From a virus (lineage: Duplodnaviria > Caudoviricetes), in the IMG/VR virus record IMGVR_UViG_3300026549_000034, positions 32,001 through 96,000 of that record: a stretch of DNA of 64,000 nucleotides; one strand, 5' to 3'. The position numbers and the translations under genes are program-made. Positions within the stretch are counted from its first letter, which is position 1, and every line of letters begins with the position of its first letter. This document shows, one piece after another, positions 20,471 to 30,120 of this stretch. Below the pieces are notes generated by a model that was given only the letters and a program-made list of their open reading frames with translations, was not told the origin of the DNA and searched no databases.

Positions 20471-20897
20471 TAAATCTAACATAAAACCTATGACAAAAGA
20501 ATTTGTTGAAAAACTGGCACAAATGCGTGCGGAGAAAATATTTACAAAGGAATATTTCACAAATGTAACTGATTCGTGGTATTTTGATGAACTTGATGAA
20601 TTTAAGTCACATAAATATGGAATAGAAGGCCGCCGTCCAACTAAGCAAGAATGTGAATGGTATGGGGGTGCTATAGATGACCTATTTGATAAATATAAAG
20701 AAAAGTTCTATGCTAAAGAATTGGCTCAAGATTGTTACGGAAAATGTATAGATTGCTTTGATAAGATATTTAAATATATTGAATTTGGAAATAATAATTA
20801 TTCAAAATTCGATATTAATGAAGAAACTGTACAAAAATTAAAAGATCTTGCTAATATATTTGTATATAAGCATAATGAATTTTGTAATGATAAATAA
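20457..20897 (+). CDS. hypothetical protein
   Basis: 146 aa. Confidence 0.65.
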   Translation: MKINNKSNIKPMTKEFVEKLAQMRAEKIFTKEYFTNVTDSWYFDELDEFKSHKYGIEGRRPTKQECEWYGGAIDDLFDKYKEKFYAKELAQDCYGKCIDCFDKIFKYIEFGNNNYSKFDINEETVQKLKDLANIFVYKHNEFCNDK

Positions 20898-20909
20898 TTT
20901 GAATATTAT

Positions 20910-21440
20910 ATGAAAAAATTTTATTGTTATCCTAAATACCTTTTTGATATGCTTATGGAGAAATCTGGATTTTTTACACCAGATGACCTCCCAAATAATG
21001 TAGCCATCATATCAATAGGTGCACCATGGAATGAGCAAGAAGATCATTGGTTTAAGACAACTAATGATAGAATTTTAAATATTGATTTTGATGATGTTTC
21101 TCCTACACTTTGGTGGAATTATGATATGTATGATGATGCAATGAAAGATAATGACCAAAGTAAATATTTTGATCATTCATATGTTAATTCAAATGGTGGT
21201 ATAACTGAATTACATGCATTTAATTATGATCAAGCCAGAACAATAGTAAAGTTTATTGAGGATCATAAAGATTGTGATTTTTATATTCATTGTTCGGCAG
21301 GTATAAGTCGTAGTCAAGGCGTTGTAAGATATGTTATGGATATGTATGGTGATTTTAAGACAAACCCAGACAATCCGTGTACATGTCCTAATGTGCATGT
21401 TATTATAATGTTAAAAAGAGCATATAGGGAATTATATTAA
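20910..21440 (+). CDS. protein-tyrosine/dual-specificity phosphatase-like protein
   Basis: HCSAGISRS (CX5R), IISI, FDD, PN motifs. Confidence 0.85.
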   Translation: MKKFYCYPKYLFDMLMEKSGFFTPDDLPNNVAIISIGAPWNEQEDHWFKTTNDRILNIDFDDVSPTLWWNYDMYDDAMKDNDQSKYFDHSYVNSNGGITELHAFNYDQARTIVKFIEDHKDCDFYIHCSAGISRSQGVVRYVMDMYGDFKTNPDNPCTCPNVHVIIMLKRAYRELY

Positions 21441-21460
21441 TTAAATTAAAATATACAAAA

Positions 21461-22018
21461 ATGGATAATACACTTAAAGAATTATGGGCAAAATATAATT
21501 TAGAAGATATTTTAAATGCCGGATTAATGTTAAATAAAATTAGTTCAGTAGACATAATTAATGCTTCAGACATATATAAAGACCCAAATAAAGAATATTC
21601 TGATGAAGAAGTTCAAGAAATCATTAAAGACAGAGGACTACATGATATTTTGACACTTATACAAAATGAATATGATTTAGAAGACATTATTGATGATATT
21701 GGTAAGAATGATGTTTTAGATGCTATTGATGAGGATGATAGATTTGAATCTATTAAATATAGTTTTGTTTTAGATGACCATGATAGTGATATTCGGGAAG
21801 AAACTAAAGAAGAATGCTATGAACAAATTTATGAAGATGTATTAAATAAGTTAAAAGATAACCGTAAAAAATATTTTGAAGATTATTCACCAGATGAATT
21901 ACGAACATATTTTTGTAATATGTTTGGTATTGGATATTATGATGATGAAGGATTAACTAAAGGATTTTCAAAATTATTTCAAATAATGAACAAATCAATA
22001 TATAATATTAAAAAATGA
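21461..22018 (+). CDS. acidic hypothetical protein
   Basis: 185 aa, Asp/Glu-rich. Confidence 0.65.
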   Translation: MDNTLKELWAKYNLEDILNAGLMLNKISSVDIINASDIYKDPNKEYSDEEVQEIIKDRGLHDILTLIQNEYDLEDIIDDIGKNDVLDAIDEDDRFESIKYSFVLDDHDSDIREETKEECYEQIYEDVLNKLKDNRKKYFEDYSPDELRTYFCNMFGIGYYDDEGLTKGFSKLFQIMNKSIYNIKK

Positions 22019-22488
22019 ATAAAGAAATACCTAAAATTGGAAAGTATTATCATTTTTTTGATGATGGTAAACTTGCTGCAAGTAGACATTATATTTGTAA
22101 AGTTGAACAAATCATAACGGCTGAAGAAGCTAAAAGTATTATGATTGAAGTTCCAAATGAATATGATGATATTATGGACACTATATTATCATTGTATGAT
22201 CATTGGCATGATAATGAAATGCCTAATCATGATTGGTTATATGCAAAAGATACTGATTATTTCATTGAATGTTCTTGTCCTAAATATGATAAACATAATC
22301 TTTGGTTTGTTAGAACTAAAGATGGCGGTTGGTTTTCAATGGATATACAATCATCATGGCAAGGAGGTAGATTAGATATAGATGAAAGTATATATGAATC
22401 AATTTTGAATGATATAGAAAATGACCCATATTATTCTACGGAAGCTAAAGAAGGACTTTTAGAAATATATAAAGCCGAAAAATATTAA
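22015..22488 (+). CDS. hypothetical protein
   Basis: FFDDGK..FVRTKDGGWFS. Confidence 0.7.
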   Translation: MNKEIPKIGKYYHFFDDGKLAASRHYICKVEQIITAEEAKSIMIEVPNEYDDIMDTILSLYDHWHDNEMPNHDWLYAKDTDYFIECSCPKYDKHNLWFVRTKDGGWFSMDIQSSWQGGRLDIDESIYESILNDIENDPYYSTEAKEGLLEIYKAEKY

Positions 22489-22517
22489 AATTTAACTAAT
22501 AATTATAATATCATTTT

Positions 22518-22721
22518 ATGAAACAAATTAGTATAAAGTGTAATCAATGTGAAAAGGTATTTCATTTTACAATTACTGAAGAACAATATAAACAATATAT
22601 TAGTGGCGAAGGACTAATTCAAAATATTTTTCCTGAAATTCAACCCGAATATAGAGAACTATTTATAAGTCAAATTTGTCCAGATTGTTGGAATAGGATT
22701 TTTAGTTATGCAGATGAATAA
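22518..22721 (+). CDS. small Zn-finger protein
   Basis: CNQC...LIQNIFP...RELFIS.ICPDCW. Confidence 0.7.
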   Translation: MKQISIKCNQCEKVFHFTITEEQYKQYISGEGLIQNIFPEIQPEYRELFISQICPDCWNRIFSYADE

Positions 22722-23316
22722 GAATAAACAATTTATATATACAGAAAAGGACGCTGAAAATTTTTATTTTGTTAGTGATACTCATTTTTCTCATGAAAAC
22801 ATAATTAAATATTGTAAACGTCCTTTTGATTCAATAGAACAGCATGATAATGAATTAATTAAGCGATGGAATGAGAAAGTACCAGAAGATGGAATTGTAT
22901 TTCATCTGGGTGATGTTGCATTTGCTAATCGAGATAGAGTAGATAATATTCTTAAACAACTTAATGGAAAGATCTATTTAGTAATTGGAAATCATGATTG
23001 GAGAAGAATTGTGACCGATCATAGCTGGCGATTTGAATTGATGACACAACAAATTAATATGAAAATTGGAAAGCGTCATATAATTCTTAATCATTATCCT
23101 ATGCTTGCTTTTAGTGGAGCCTGGCGTGGTGAAGATGCAACTTATCAATTATTTGGTCATGTTCATACTTCTCCATATACTGATGAAGGTCTTGATACAC
23201 CAAGAATGAAAATGCTATTTGCTTCTCAATATGATGTCGGTGTAGATAATAATAATTTTACACCAGTATCTTGGAATGAAATAGATACAATTATTAAAAA
23301 TAGAATAAGTGAATAA
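22708..23316 (+). CDS. calcineurin-like metallophosphoesterase
   Basis: SDTHFSH, HLGD, GNHD, HYP, GHVH, DVGVD. Confidence 0.9.
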   Translation: MQMNKNKQFIYTEKDAENFYFVSDTHFSHENIIKYCKRPFDSIEQHDNELIKRWNEKVPEDGIVFHLGDVAFANRDRVDNILKQLNGKIYLVIGNHDWRRIVTDHSWRFELMTQQINMKIGKRHIILNHYPMLAFSGAWRGEDATYQLFGHVHTSPYTDEGLDTPRMKMLFASQYDVGVDNNNFTPVSWNEIDTIIKNRISE

Positions 23317-23758
23317 TAAATATACTAAAACAAATAATATGGATTATGTAGATTTGGGTTTGTCTGTTAAATGGGCAGATTGTAATGTAGGAGCAAATTC
23401 ACCTGAAGAGTTTGGAAGTTATTTTAATCGTGATGAATCAAAGAAAATCAAAGATATTACAATTCCAACGCTTGATCAGTGGCAAGAACTTCAGAGTAAT
23501 TGTACGTGTAAATTAAATAAAAATAAAAAAGGATGGACTATTACTGGTAAGAACGGCAATAAAATATATTTACCTATAGCTGGAGAAGGAAAGAATAATC
23601 CAAATGTAAAAGTGATGGGTGCATTTTTCTGGTCAAGCGATGATACTGAAGTAAATGGATTGCCTTTCACTTGGTATGCAGCATTTGATATGAAGGGTCG
23701 TAAAGATACACATTTGTTAGATCCTGAATATTGGATTTCTGTAAGAGGAGTACAATAA
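23309..23758 (+). CDS. Bacteroidetes VDLGL-family protein (C-type-lectin/FGE-like fold), no leader
   Basis: YVDLGLSVKWADCNVGA..PT..QWQEL..G.NGN.IYLP..FWSS..VRGV. Confidence 0.7.
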   Translation: MNNKYTKTNNMDYVDLGLSVKWADCNVGANSPEEFGSYFNRDESKKIKDITIPTLDQWQELQSNCTCKLNKNKKGWTITGKNGNKIYLPIAGEGKNNPNVKVMGAFFWSSDDTEVNGLPFTWYAAFDMKGRKDTHLLDPEYWISVRGVQ

Positions 23759-23840
23759 TTATGTAAATAATTATGTATTTTGCTTGTTTTAATTTCTGGA
23801 GTTTTTATACTATATTAAAATAAATCACAAATTAAAAAAT

Positions 23841-24083
23841 ATGAAAAAATGGTTTAAATTTTCAGTTTATAAAGATAAAGAAGAACAAAAATTTATCATT
23901 CATTGGTGGTGGAATGTTCCAAAGATTTCATTTGAAGGTGTTGAATATGCAAAGACAAAAAGACTACATCAATTAGTATTTTGTGGAAAAGATAATTTGT
24001 ATTGGGTATTTAGTAAGTCATATCCTGAGGGAAAATATAAATTCTTCAATAAGACAACTAATGATCATGTAAGTTGTGGCTAA
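23841..24083 (+). CDS. hypothetical protein
   Basis: 80 aa; CTATATTA motif at 23810. Confidence 0.6.
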   Translation: MKKWFKFSVYKDKEEQKFIIHWWWNVPKISFEGVEYAKTKRLHQLVFCGKDNLYWVFSKSYPEGKYKFFNKTTNDHVSCG

Positions 24084-24106
24084 CAAATATATAATAAAAA
24101 TTAATT

Positions 24107-24286
24107 ATGAGTAAACGTTTAACTTTAGGAAAAAAACCTTTATTACTTGGTGTTTGTTCAGGTTTTGCTGAATATTTTGATATAGATGTTACATTTATAA
24201 GATTTGTGTATTTAATTTTAGTATTCTGTTTTGGCGTAGGAATTCTACCATATTTTATTGCTTGGTTATTAATGCCTAAAAATTAA
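24107..24286 (+). CDS. pspC: PspC-domain membrane protein (59 aa, not in ORF track)
   Basis: LLGVCSGFAEYFDIDVTFIR...GILPYFIAWLLMP. Confidence 0.85.
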   Translation: MSKRLTLGKKPLLLGVCSGFAEYFDIDVTFIRFVYLILVFCFGVGILPYFIAWLLMPKN

Positions 24287-24299
24287 AAATTTAAATATT

Positions 24300-24578
24300 A
24301 TGAAAAATAAGATAATTTATTGTATTTTTGCTCTTTGGTTTGTAGCTATAATAATTAATATTTATAGTTCATGTTATTCTATAAAAGGTTCAAATAATAC
24401 TGTTATAGAAAATAAATATAAATTTACAGATCATATTACTAGATCAGAAGTTACTGACTCATTAGGACATATGTATTATATATATGAAAATGAACAATAT
24501 GTTATGTTTAAACGTATATATTCCTTTTCTGTAGAACATAGAATGGATTGTAAAAAATGCTTAGATATATTTGATTAA
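24300..24578 (+). CDS. membrane-anchored hypothetical protein
   Basis: N-terminal TM; C-terminal HxxxCxxC. Confidence 0.6.
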   Translation: MKNKIIYCIFALWFVAIIINIYSSCYSIKGSNNTVIENKYKFTDHITRSEVTDSLGHMYYIYENEQYVMFKRIYSFSVEHRMDCKKCLDIFD

Positions 24579-24586
24579 CTTTTTAA

Positions 24587-25162
24587 ATGAAAATTATATT
24601 TCTTGATTTTGATGGAGTAATAACAATTCCTCCAAAATGGCATTTTGATAATGATAAGATCAAATATATTAAAAAAATAGTAGATGAAACAAATGCTAAA
24701 ATTGTTGTTTCATCTTCTTGGCGGAGGAAAACTATTAATGAAACCATTGAAAAAATTAAAAAATGGAATTATAAATATACTAAATCAAAATTATTTGATT
24801 GGTTTATCAATAATTTATATGATGTAACTCCTTGGATTTCTGATAATAAATATTCAGGAACAGGTAGAGGTGGAGAAATTCAAACTTGGTTAGATGATCA
24901 TCCTGATGTTGATAATTATGTTATTATAGATGATGATAGTGATATGTTAGATAGTCAATTATATCATTTTGTAGAAACTAATTATGAAGACGGTATTACT
25001 GAGGTTGAAGCACATAGGGCAATAAAAATACTAAATAAAGTTAAAATTATTAATCCTATGGCAATTAATTTTGAACTGCGATATCAATATTTATTAAAAA
25101 TTAATAAACTTCCAAATAAATATGATGAATTAAAAAAATATGATATGAATGATCATTATTAA
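24587..25162 (+). CDS. HAD phosphatase of the RNA-repair-associated (HAD_SAK-like) type
   Basis: IIFLDFDGV, VVSSSWR, RGGEI..WL, YVIIDD. Confidence 0.85.
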   Translation: MKIIFLDFDGVITIPPKWHFDNDKIKYIKKIVDETNAKIVVSSSWRRKTINETIEKIKKWNYKYTKSKLFDWFINNLYDVTPWISDNKYSGTGRGGEIQTWLDDHPDVDNYVIIDDDSDMLDSQLYHFVETNYEDGITEVEAHRAIKILNKVKIINPMAINFELRYQYLLKINKLPNKYDELKKYDMNDHY

Positions 25163-25182
25163 ATATATAAAATTAAGAAATT

Positions 25183-25998
25183 ATGAATGGAATTATAGGA
25201 GCAATTGTTGGATCAAGTATAGGATTTTCTTATGAAATTAAGAAAACAAAAAATTATAACTTTAATATGATTTATGATAAGTCAAATGCAACAGATGATT
25301 CTGTAGCTATTATTGCCACTGCTGATTGGCTTATGACAACTAATCATACAAAAGATGAATATATTGATAAGCTACATTATTGGTGTAACAAATACAATTA
25401 TGGGATGTATAATTACGGAAATGCTACCAAATTTAAAGAATGGGTAAGAAATAAAGAAAGGACACCATATAATTCATTTGGTAATGGATCTGCTATGAGA
25501 GTAATTCCTGTAGGTTGGTATGCAAAAAGTATTGAAGAAGCTGAAAGACTTGCAAAAATAACTGCAGAAGTAACTCATAATCATCCTGAAGGCATTAAAG
25601 GTGCTCAAGCTGTTGCTGTTACTATTTGGATGATTCGCAATAATGCTTCTAAAAAAATTATTAAAAGGTATATTGAAGAATCTTATAATTATAATCTTAA
25701 TATATCATATGAAAAATTAAAAACACATCATATATTTGTATGTACTTGTCCTAATTCTGTTCCAGCATCATTAATTTGTTGGTTAAATAGTAATAGTTAT
25801 GAAGATTGTATAAGAAAAGCAGTAAGTCTTGGTGGTGATGCTGATACTGAAGCTGCAATTGCAGGAGCATTTGCTGCGGCTGATAGTAATACACCCGTTG
25901 ATGATAATTTAGTAAATGATCTAACTAGATTTTTTTCAATTGATTTTCTTGAAGTATTAAATAAGTTTCATAATAATATTGAATTAAAGAATGGATAA
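25183..25998 (+). CDS. ADP-ribosylglycohydrolase (ARH/DraG family)
   Basis: GAIVG, TDDS, SFGNGSAMR, THNHPEG, GGDADT. Confidence 0.9.
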   Translation: MNGIIGAIVGSSIGFSYEIKKTKNYNFNMIYDKSNATDDSVAIIATADWLMTTNHTKDEYIDKLHYWCNKYNYGMYNYGNATKFKEWVRNKERTPYNSFGNGSAMRVIPVGWYAKSIEEAERLAKITAEVTHNHPEGIKGAQAVAVTIWMIRNNASKKIIKRYIEESYNYNLNISYEKLKTHHIFVCTCPNSVPASLICWLNSNSYEDCIRKAVSLGGDADTEAAIAGAFAAADSNTPVDDNLVNDLTRFFSIDFLEVLNKFHNNIELKNG

Positions 25999-26191
25999 AA
26001 TCAAGATTAAAGTTGCTAAAGACTACTTATTAACAAAAATGATTTATGAATCTGATTGTAGAAGTGCTCGTAGTGGAATAAGCAAAACTTATTTGGCTGA
26101 ATATGGAGGTGATTGAGTATCGGAAGAAGTCATTTTACAAACATTACAAGAATATATTTCACATGGATATGCAATAAAAATTAATTGTTAA
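25991..26191 (+). pseudogene. small ORF interrupted by an in-frame TGA
   Basis: MDKIKIK...YGGD*VSEEVILQ...INC*; TGA at 26114-26116. Confidence 0.35.
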
Positions 26192-26297
26192 AACTAAATG
26201 AAAATATATAATATTAAATATTAAATAAAATCTAATTAATTACTATATTATATAATAATTAAAGGAAAAATATTAACAACAAAAAAAGAACAAAATC

Positions 26298-27752
26298 ATG
26301 AGTAAACTTAATTCCACACGTAAGTCTTCTACATTGAAGACAAATCAAATAACTGTTGGTGAAATTGCTGGTCAGATAACAGATACTGCAGCAGCTCAGT
26401 CAAATATCGCTCTTCTTCGTAGAGCAGTTCTTGCAAATCTTCTTTGGGAGAATATTGCATACATGGATGGTGAGTCTGTCACAAATGAGATAAAGAGATT
26501 GATTTCTCTTTGTGATCCTCAAGATGTTGCAAATCTAACTATTGAAGCTCGTACTATGCAAAAGCTTCGTCATACTCCTCTTTTCCTTGCAGTAGAAATG
26601 TGTAAGCATGAAGCAACACGTCCTTATGTAAAGGATATACTTCCAAAGATTATCACACGTGCAGATATGCTTACTGACTTCATGGCTCTTTACTGGGCTG
26701 ACGGTAAGTGTCCTATTTGTAATGCAGCAAAGAAGGGTCTTGCTGAAGCATTCCATAACTTCAATGAGTACAAGTTTGCTAAGTATGACCGTAATGCAGA
26801 AATCAAGCTTCGCGACGTAATGTTCATGGTTCGTCCAAAGCCAGAAACTCCTCTTGAGGTTGAACTTTACAAGAAGATTGCTGATCGTACTCTTGAAACT
26901 CCTGAGACATGGGAGGTGCTTCTTTCACTTGCTCACACTAATGAAGAAAAGGCAGCCGTTTGGACAAAGCTTATTACTGAAGGTAAGCTTGGTGGTAAGG
27001 CTATGCTTATGAACATCCGTAATATGCAAAATGCAGGTGTTCCTCGTCCAATCATTGTACAAGGTCTTCAAGAACTTAAGGGAGCTATGCTTCTTCCACT
27101 TGATTTCTTGAAAGCTATGCGTGAAAGTAATGGCTTTGATAGAGAGATTGAAGATGCAATGCTTAAGACATATGAGAATATGCCTAAGCTTCCAGGTAAG
27201 ACTCTATTTATTGTGGATGTATCTGGATCTATGGGATCACTTACAAGCAGTGGTTCAACATTTACTAGACTTGACCAAGCATGTTCGATGGCAATGTTGG
27301 CAGCTAACCAATGTACTGACTTTGAACTTGTATGTACTGCCGGTTCTGATGGAGAGCTTCGTGAAGAGCAAATGAGAATTCTGTATCCTCCTAAGGGATT
27401 TAATCTCTTCAAAGAAATTGAAGCCTCCCGTAAAACTGTAGGAGGTGGTGGTATCTTCACATACCAGTGTCTTGAAAAGCTTCGTAAGGAGCTTGGTGAT
27501 AAGATACATGATTATGACAGAATCATTGTATTCAGTGATTCGCAGGATATAGATGTATCAAGTTGGCGTTCACCTAACCATGATAAGAAGCCACGTCCAT
27601 TTGGTAAGTACAATTATATCTGTGATATATCTGCTCATACTCGTGGTATTGCTTACAATGGTGTTTGGACAGCTGAAATTTCGGGTTGGTCAGAACACTT
27701 CCTTACATATATTGCAGCATATGAAGGAATTGAAAATACATTTGATGAATAA
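26298..27752 (+). CDS. Ro60/Rsr-like TROVE + vWA domain RNA-binding protein
   Basis: LRHTP, RAD, EYKFAKY, LRD, TWE, MLMNIRN (TROVE); VDVSGSM MIDAS, IVFSDSQ, ISGWSE (vWA). Confidence 0.9.
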   Translation: MSKLNSTRKSSTLKTNQITVGEIAGQITDTAAAQSNIALLRRAVLANLLWENIAYMDGESVTNEIKRLISLCDPQDVANLTIEARTMQKLRHTPLFLAVEMCKHEATRPYVKDILPKIITRADMLTDFMALYWADGKCPICNAAKKGLAEAFHNFNEYKFAKYDRNAEIKLRDVMFMVRPKPETPLEVELYKKIADRTLETPETWEVLLSLAHTNEEKAAVWTKLITEGKLGGKAMLMNIRNMQNAGVPRPIIVQGLQELKGAMLLPLDFLKAMRESNGFDREIEDAMLKTYENMPKLPGKTLFIVDVSGSMGSLTSSGSTFTRLDQACSMAMLAANQCTDFELVCTAGSDGELREEQMRILYPPKGFNLFKEIEASRKTVGGGGIFTYQCLEKLRKELGDKIHDYDRIIVFSDSQDIDVSSWRSPNHDKKPRPFGKYNYICDISAHTRGIAYNGVWTAEISGWSEHFLTYIAAYEGIENTFDE

Positions 27753-27831
27753 TTATTTTTGCTATATTATAATTTATTATAATTATTTTTAATTATAATT
27801 ATTTATATATAAATATATAAAAATAGAATTT

Positions 27832-28344
27832 ATGAAAAGTATAAAAAACTATATTAATGAAGCATTACAAAATGAAGATTGGTTAAGCAATGCAAAAAAT
27901 AATGAGGAACCATTTGTTAAAGCTGCGCTTGAAAATGAAGGATGGAAAATAAAAGTTGGATCACAAGATGAAGATTTTAAAGGTATTGACTTAAAGGTTG
28001 AAAAGGATGATACTGATGATCAATTTGGTGGAAAATTCAATATAGATGTTAAGGGATGTTCAGCAAAAAATAAAAATTCAAAACGTTTCTTATTTACATG
28101 TAAAAGTTCATCTGGAAAAGAATATCCATACAAAGATAAACACTTTATAGCATTTATTAATTATACAGATAAGACTATTACAATAGTTGCAGATAATGAT
28201 ATTAAAACATTAGCAAGTAAATATAAAGAATATGATAGTCAATCTGGCGATAATTCTAAGTTTATATTATTACCAAAAATGGAGGTTCAAAAACTTGGTA
28301 GAACAATTGATCCATCTGATGAGATTAAATCATTATTAAAATAA
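27832..28344 (+). CDS. PD-(D/E)xK nuclease-like protein with capsid-targeting leader
   Basis: MKSIKNYINE; E...EDFKGID...IDVKG. Confidence 0.65.
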   Translation: MKSIKNYINEALQNEDWLSNAKNNEEPFVKAALENEGWKIKVGSQDEDFKGIDLKVEKDDTDDQFGGKFNIDVKGCSAKNKNSKRFLFTCKSSSGKEYPYKDKHFIAFINYTDKTITIVADNDIKTLASKYKEYDSQSGDNSKFILLPKMEVQKLGRTIDPSDEIKSLLK

Positions 28345-28375
28345 TTAATAAGTTATACAATCATATATCATATAC

Positions 28376-28407
28376 AAAAAGGAATCACTTAAGTGATTCC
28401 TTTTTTT
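28376..28407. terminator. bidirectional intrinsic terminator
   Basis: Perfect palindrome AAAAAGGAATCACTTAAGTGATTCCTTTTT between convergent genes. Confidence 0.85.
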
Positions 28408-28447
28408 ATTATAAAAAATAACACAACTTTAATGTATATTGGGCTCA

Positions 28448-29290
28448 TTAATCAATTCTATCTTCATGATACCATTTTGGCCATTTTGATGGACAATTTT
28501 CTAACATAAAATCATAATTACACTTTTGATTAATTTGCCAATTTGTTATATCAATTTTTAAGTTTTTACAATCTTTAAAACATTTTGTTAAACTTATACA
28601 GTTACTTACATTCCAATTTTCTATACCTTTAATTGTTTTTAATGATGTACAACCTTCAAATAATGAAGTTAGATCACCACAATTATCTAGTTTCCAATTG
28701 CTTGTATCACCTACATTTTCTAATGATGTACAATTCTTAAATATTCTTCTAAATATCTCACATTTACTTAAATTCCAATTTGACAAATCAATAGTTTTTA
28801 GTTTAGGACATCTAACAAATAATATGCGAATTTCCGAAAGATTTGAAGTGTCCCAAGTATCTAATCCATTAATTTGTTTTAGAAACATGTTTTGTGAAAA
28901 TATACCATGTAATCCCCATACATTTGACAAATCCCAATTAGTAACATCTATATATTTTAATTGTGTATCTGAAAAAATATTTTCTAATTCACAATTATTA
29001 CAAAACTTCCAATTAGATGCATTAATATATTCTATTTTTCTATCACTATCAAATAAAAATGATAGTTCATCACCACTATTAATTTTTGAAAAATCTATAT
29101 AAGATACATCAACAGGAGATATGGGTGTACCGCTTCCATATATATCTTTTTGTTTTTCTATATATTGTTCTAATTCTGACAGATTTTTAGGTACAAACCA
29201 TGTATGATTAGTATTTACAGATTTAACATTTAATTTTTCATTAATATAAACATTTAATTTTTCATTAATGTGTTGTGTTAAAGATAACAT
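28448..29290 (-). CDS. DUF285/BspA leucine-rich repeat protein with duplicated capsid-targeting leader
   Basis: MLSLTQHINEKLNVYINEKLNV; repeats WDLSN/WDTSN..F..C.SL. Confidence 0.8.
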   Translation of the reverse strand: MLSLTQHINEKLNVYINEKLNVKSVNTNHTWFVPKNLSELEQYIEKQKDIYGSGTPISPVDVSYIDFSKINSGDELSFLFDSDRKIEYINASNWKFCNNCELENIFSDTQLKYIDVTNWDLSNVWGLHGIFSQNMFLKQINGLDTWDTSNLSEIRILFVRCPKLKTIDLSNWNLSKCEIFRRIFKNCTSLENVGDTSNWKLDNCGDLTSLFEGCTSLKTIKGIENWNVSNCISLTKCFKDCKNLKIDITNWQINQKCNYDFMLENCPSKWPKWYHEDRID

Positions 29291-29911
29291 TTATTCTTCT
29301 GATTGTATATTTGTGTTTTCAATTCGTGGATTTACTTCATTACGAACAGCTACAATATCATCAAGCATATCTTGTAAAAGTTGTAAATGTTCTTCTTCAT
29401 CAGCAAGAATTTCTTTACATTTCTTTTCTGTTGTATAATCTTTGAATGATTGTGCAACTTCAATTAAATCTCTATATGTTTCTATTGCACCCATTTCATT
29501 TTCAACATTTTGTAATAATGAATCAAGTACATCTATAACTTGTTTATCATTATTTAAAATATTTTGGTGACCATATTTAGGTGACCATTTAGGTGATATA
29601 TAAGTATGATCTGCTGTCAACCAAGATGCTGGTGATATTGTAATGTCTTCAATTGTTGCTTCAAGTTCACTAAGACGCTGCATTATCCAATATGCATGAT
29701 CTTCAAGTTCATCTTTAGCAGTTTCTTCATATAATTTAACTATTTCTGGTCTACAATTTCCAACAAGCCAATCTCGAACTACTATATATCCATACCATGC
29801 ATTAAATTCCTCTTTAAGTGCATTTTTTAATTTTTCTACGATTACTCTATTTGATTCTGAATCTATCCATGATTCCGTATAAGCTTCATTAATAGTACTG
29901 AATTTTTTCAT
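29291..29911 (-). CDS. ferritin-like (Dps-like/bacterioferritin) protein with leader
   Basis: MKKFSTINE; EEFNAWYGY, DELEDHA, ENEMGAIETY, ILADEEEH di-iron motifs. Confidence 0.85.
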   Translation of the reverse strand: MKKFSTINEAYTESWIDSESNRVIVEKLKNALKEEFNAWYGYIVVRDWLVGNCRPEIVKLYEETAKDELEDHAYWIMQRLSELEATIEDITISPASWLTADHTYISPKWSPKYGHQNILNNDKQVIDVLDSLLQNVENEMGAIETYRDLIEVAQSFKDYTTEKKCKEILADEEEHLQLLQDMLDDIVAVRNEVNPRIENTNIQSEE

Positions 29912-29929
29912 ATTATAATTTTTTGTTTT

Positions 29930-30118
29930 TTATTTATTAGCAAAATACGCTTTTAAAGCATTTTCAGCCTTTTCTCTTGTTTTATATTTTGCTCTCCAAT
30001 ATCCTCGTTTAGGTGTGTTAGTTCCTTTACCGGCGTGTCCTTTAATGCGCCAGTAATCACCAACCTTAACGATAACATCTTCAAGTTGTTCTTGTATATA
30101 TGTTTTAAGATCTTTCAT
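29930..30118 (-). CDS. small basic capsid-targeting-leader protein
   Basis: MKDLKTYIQE. Confidence 0.7.
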   Translation of the reverse strand: MKDLKTYIQEQLEDVIVKVGDYWRIKGHAGKGTNTPKRGYWRAKYKTREKAENALKAYFANK

Positions 30119-30120
30119 TT

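Noticed and set aside
26192-26297. Y RNA or tRNA adjacent to the Ro60 gene
   Set aside because: Flanks are almost pure A/T with no stem or T-loop motif; no tRNA was recognised anywhere in the window.
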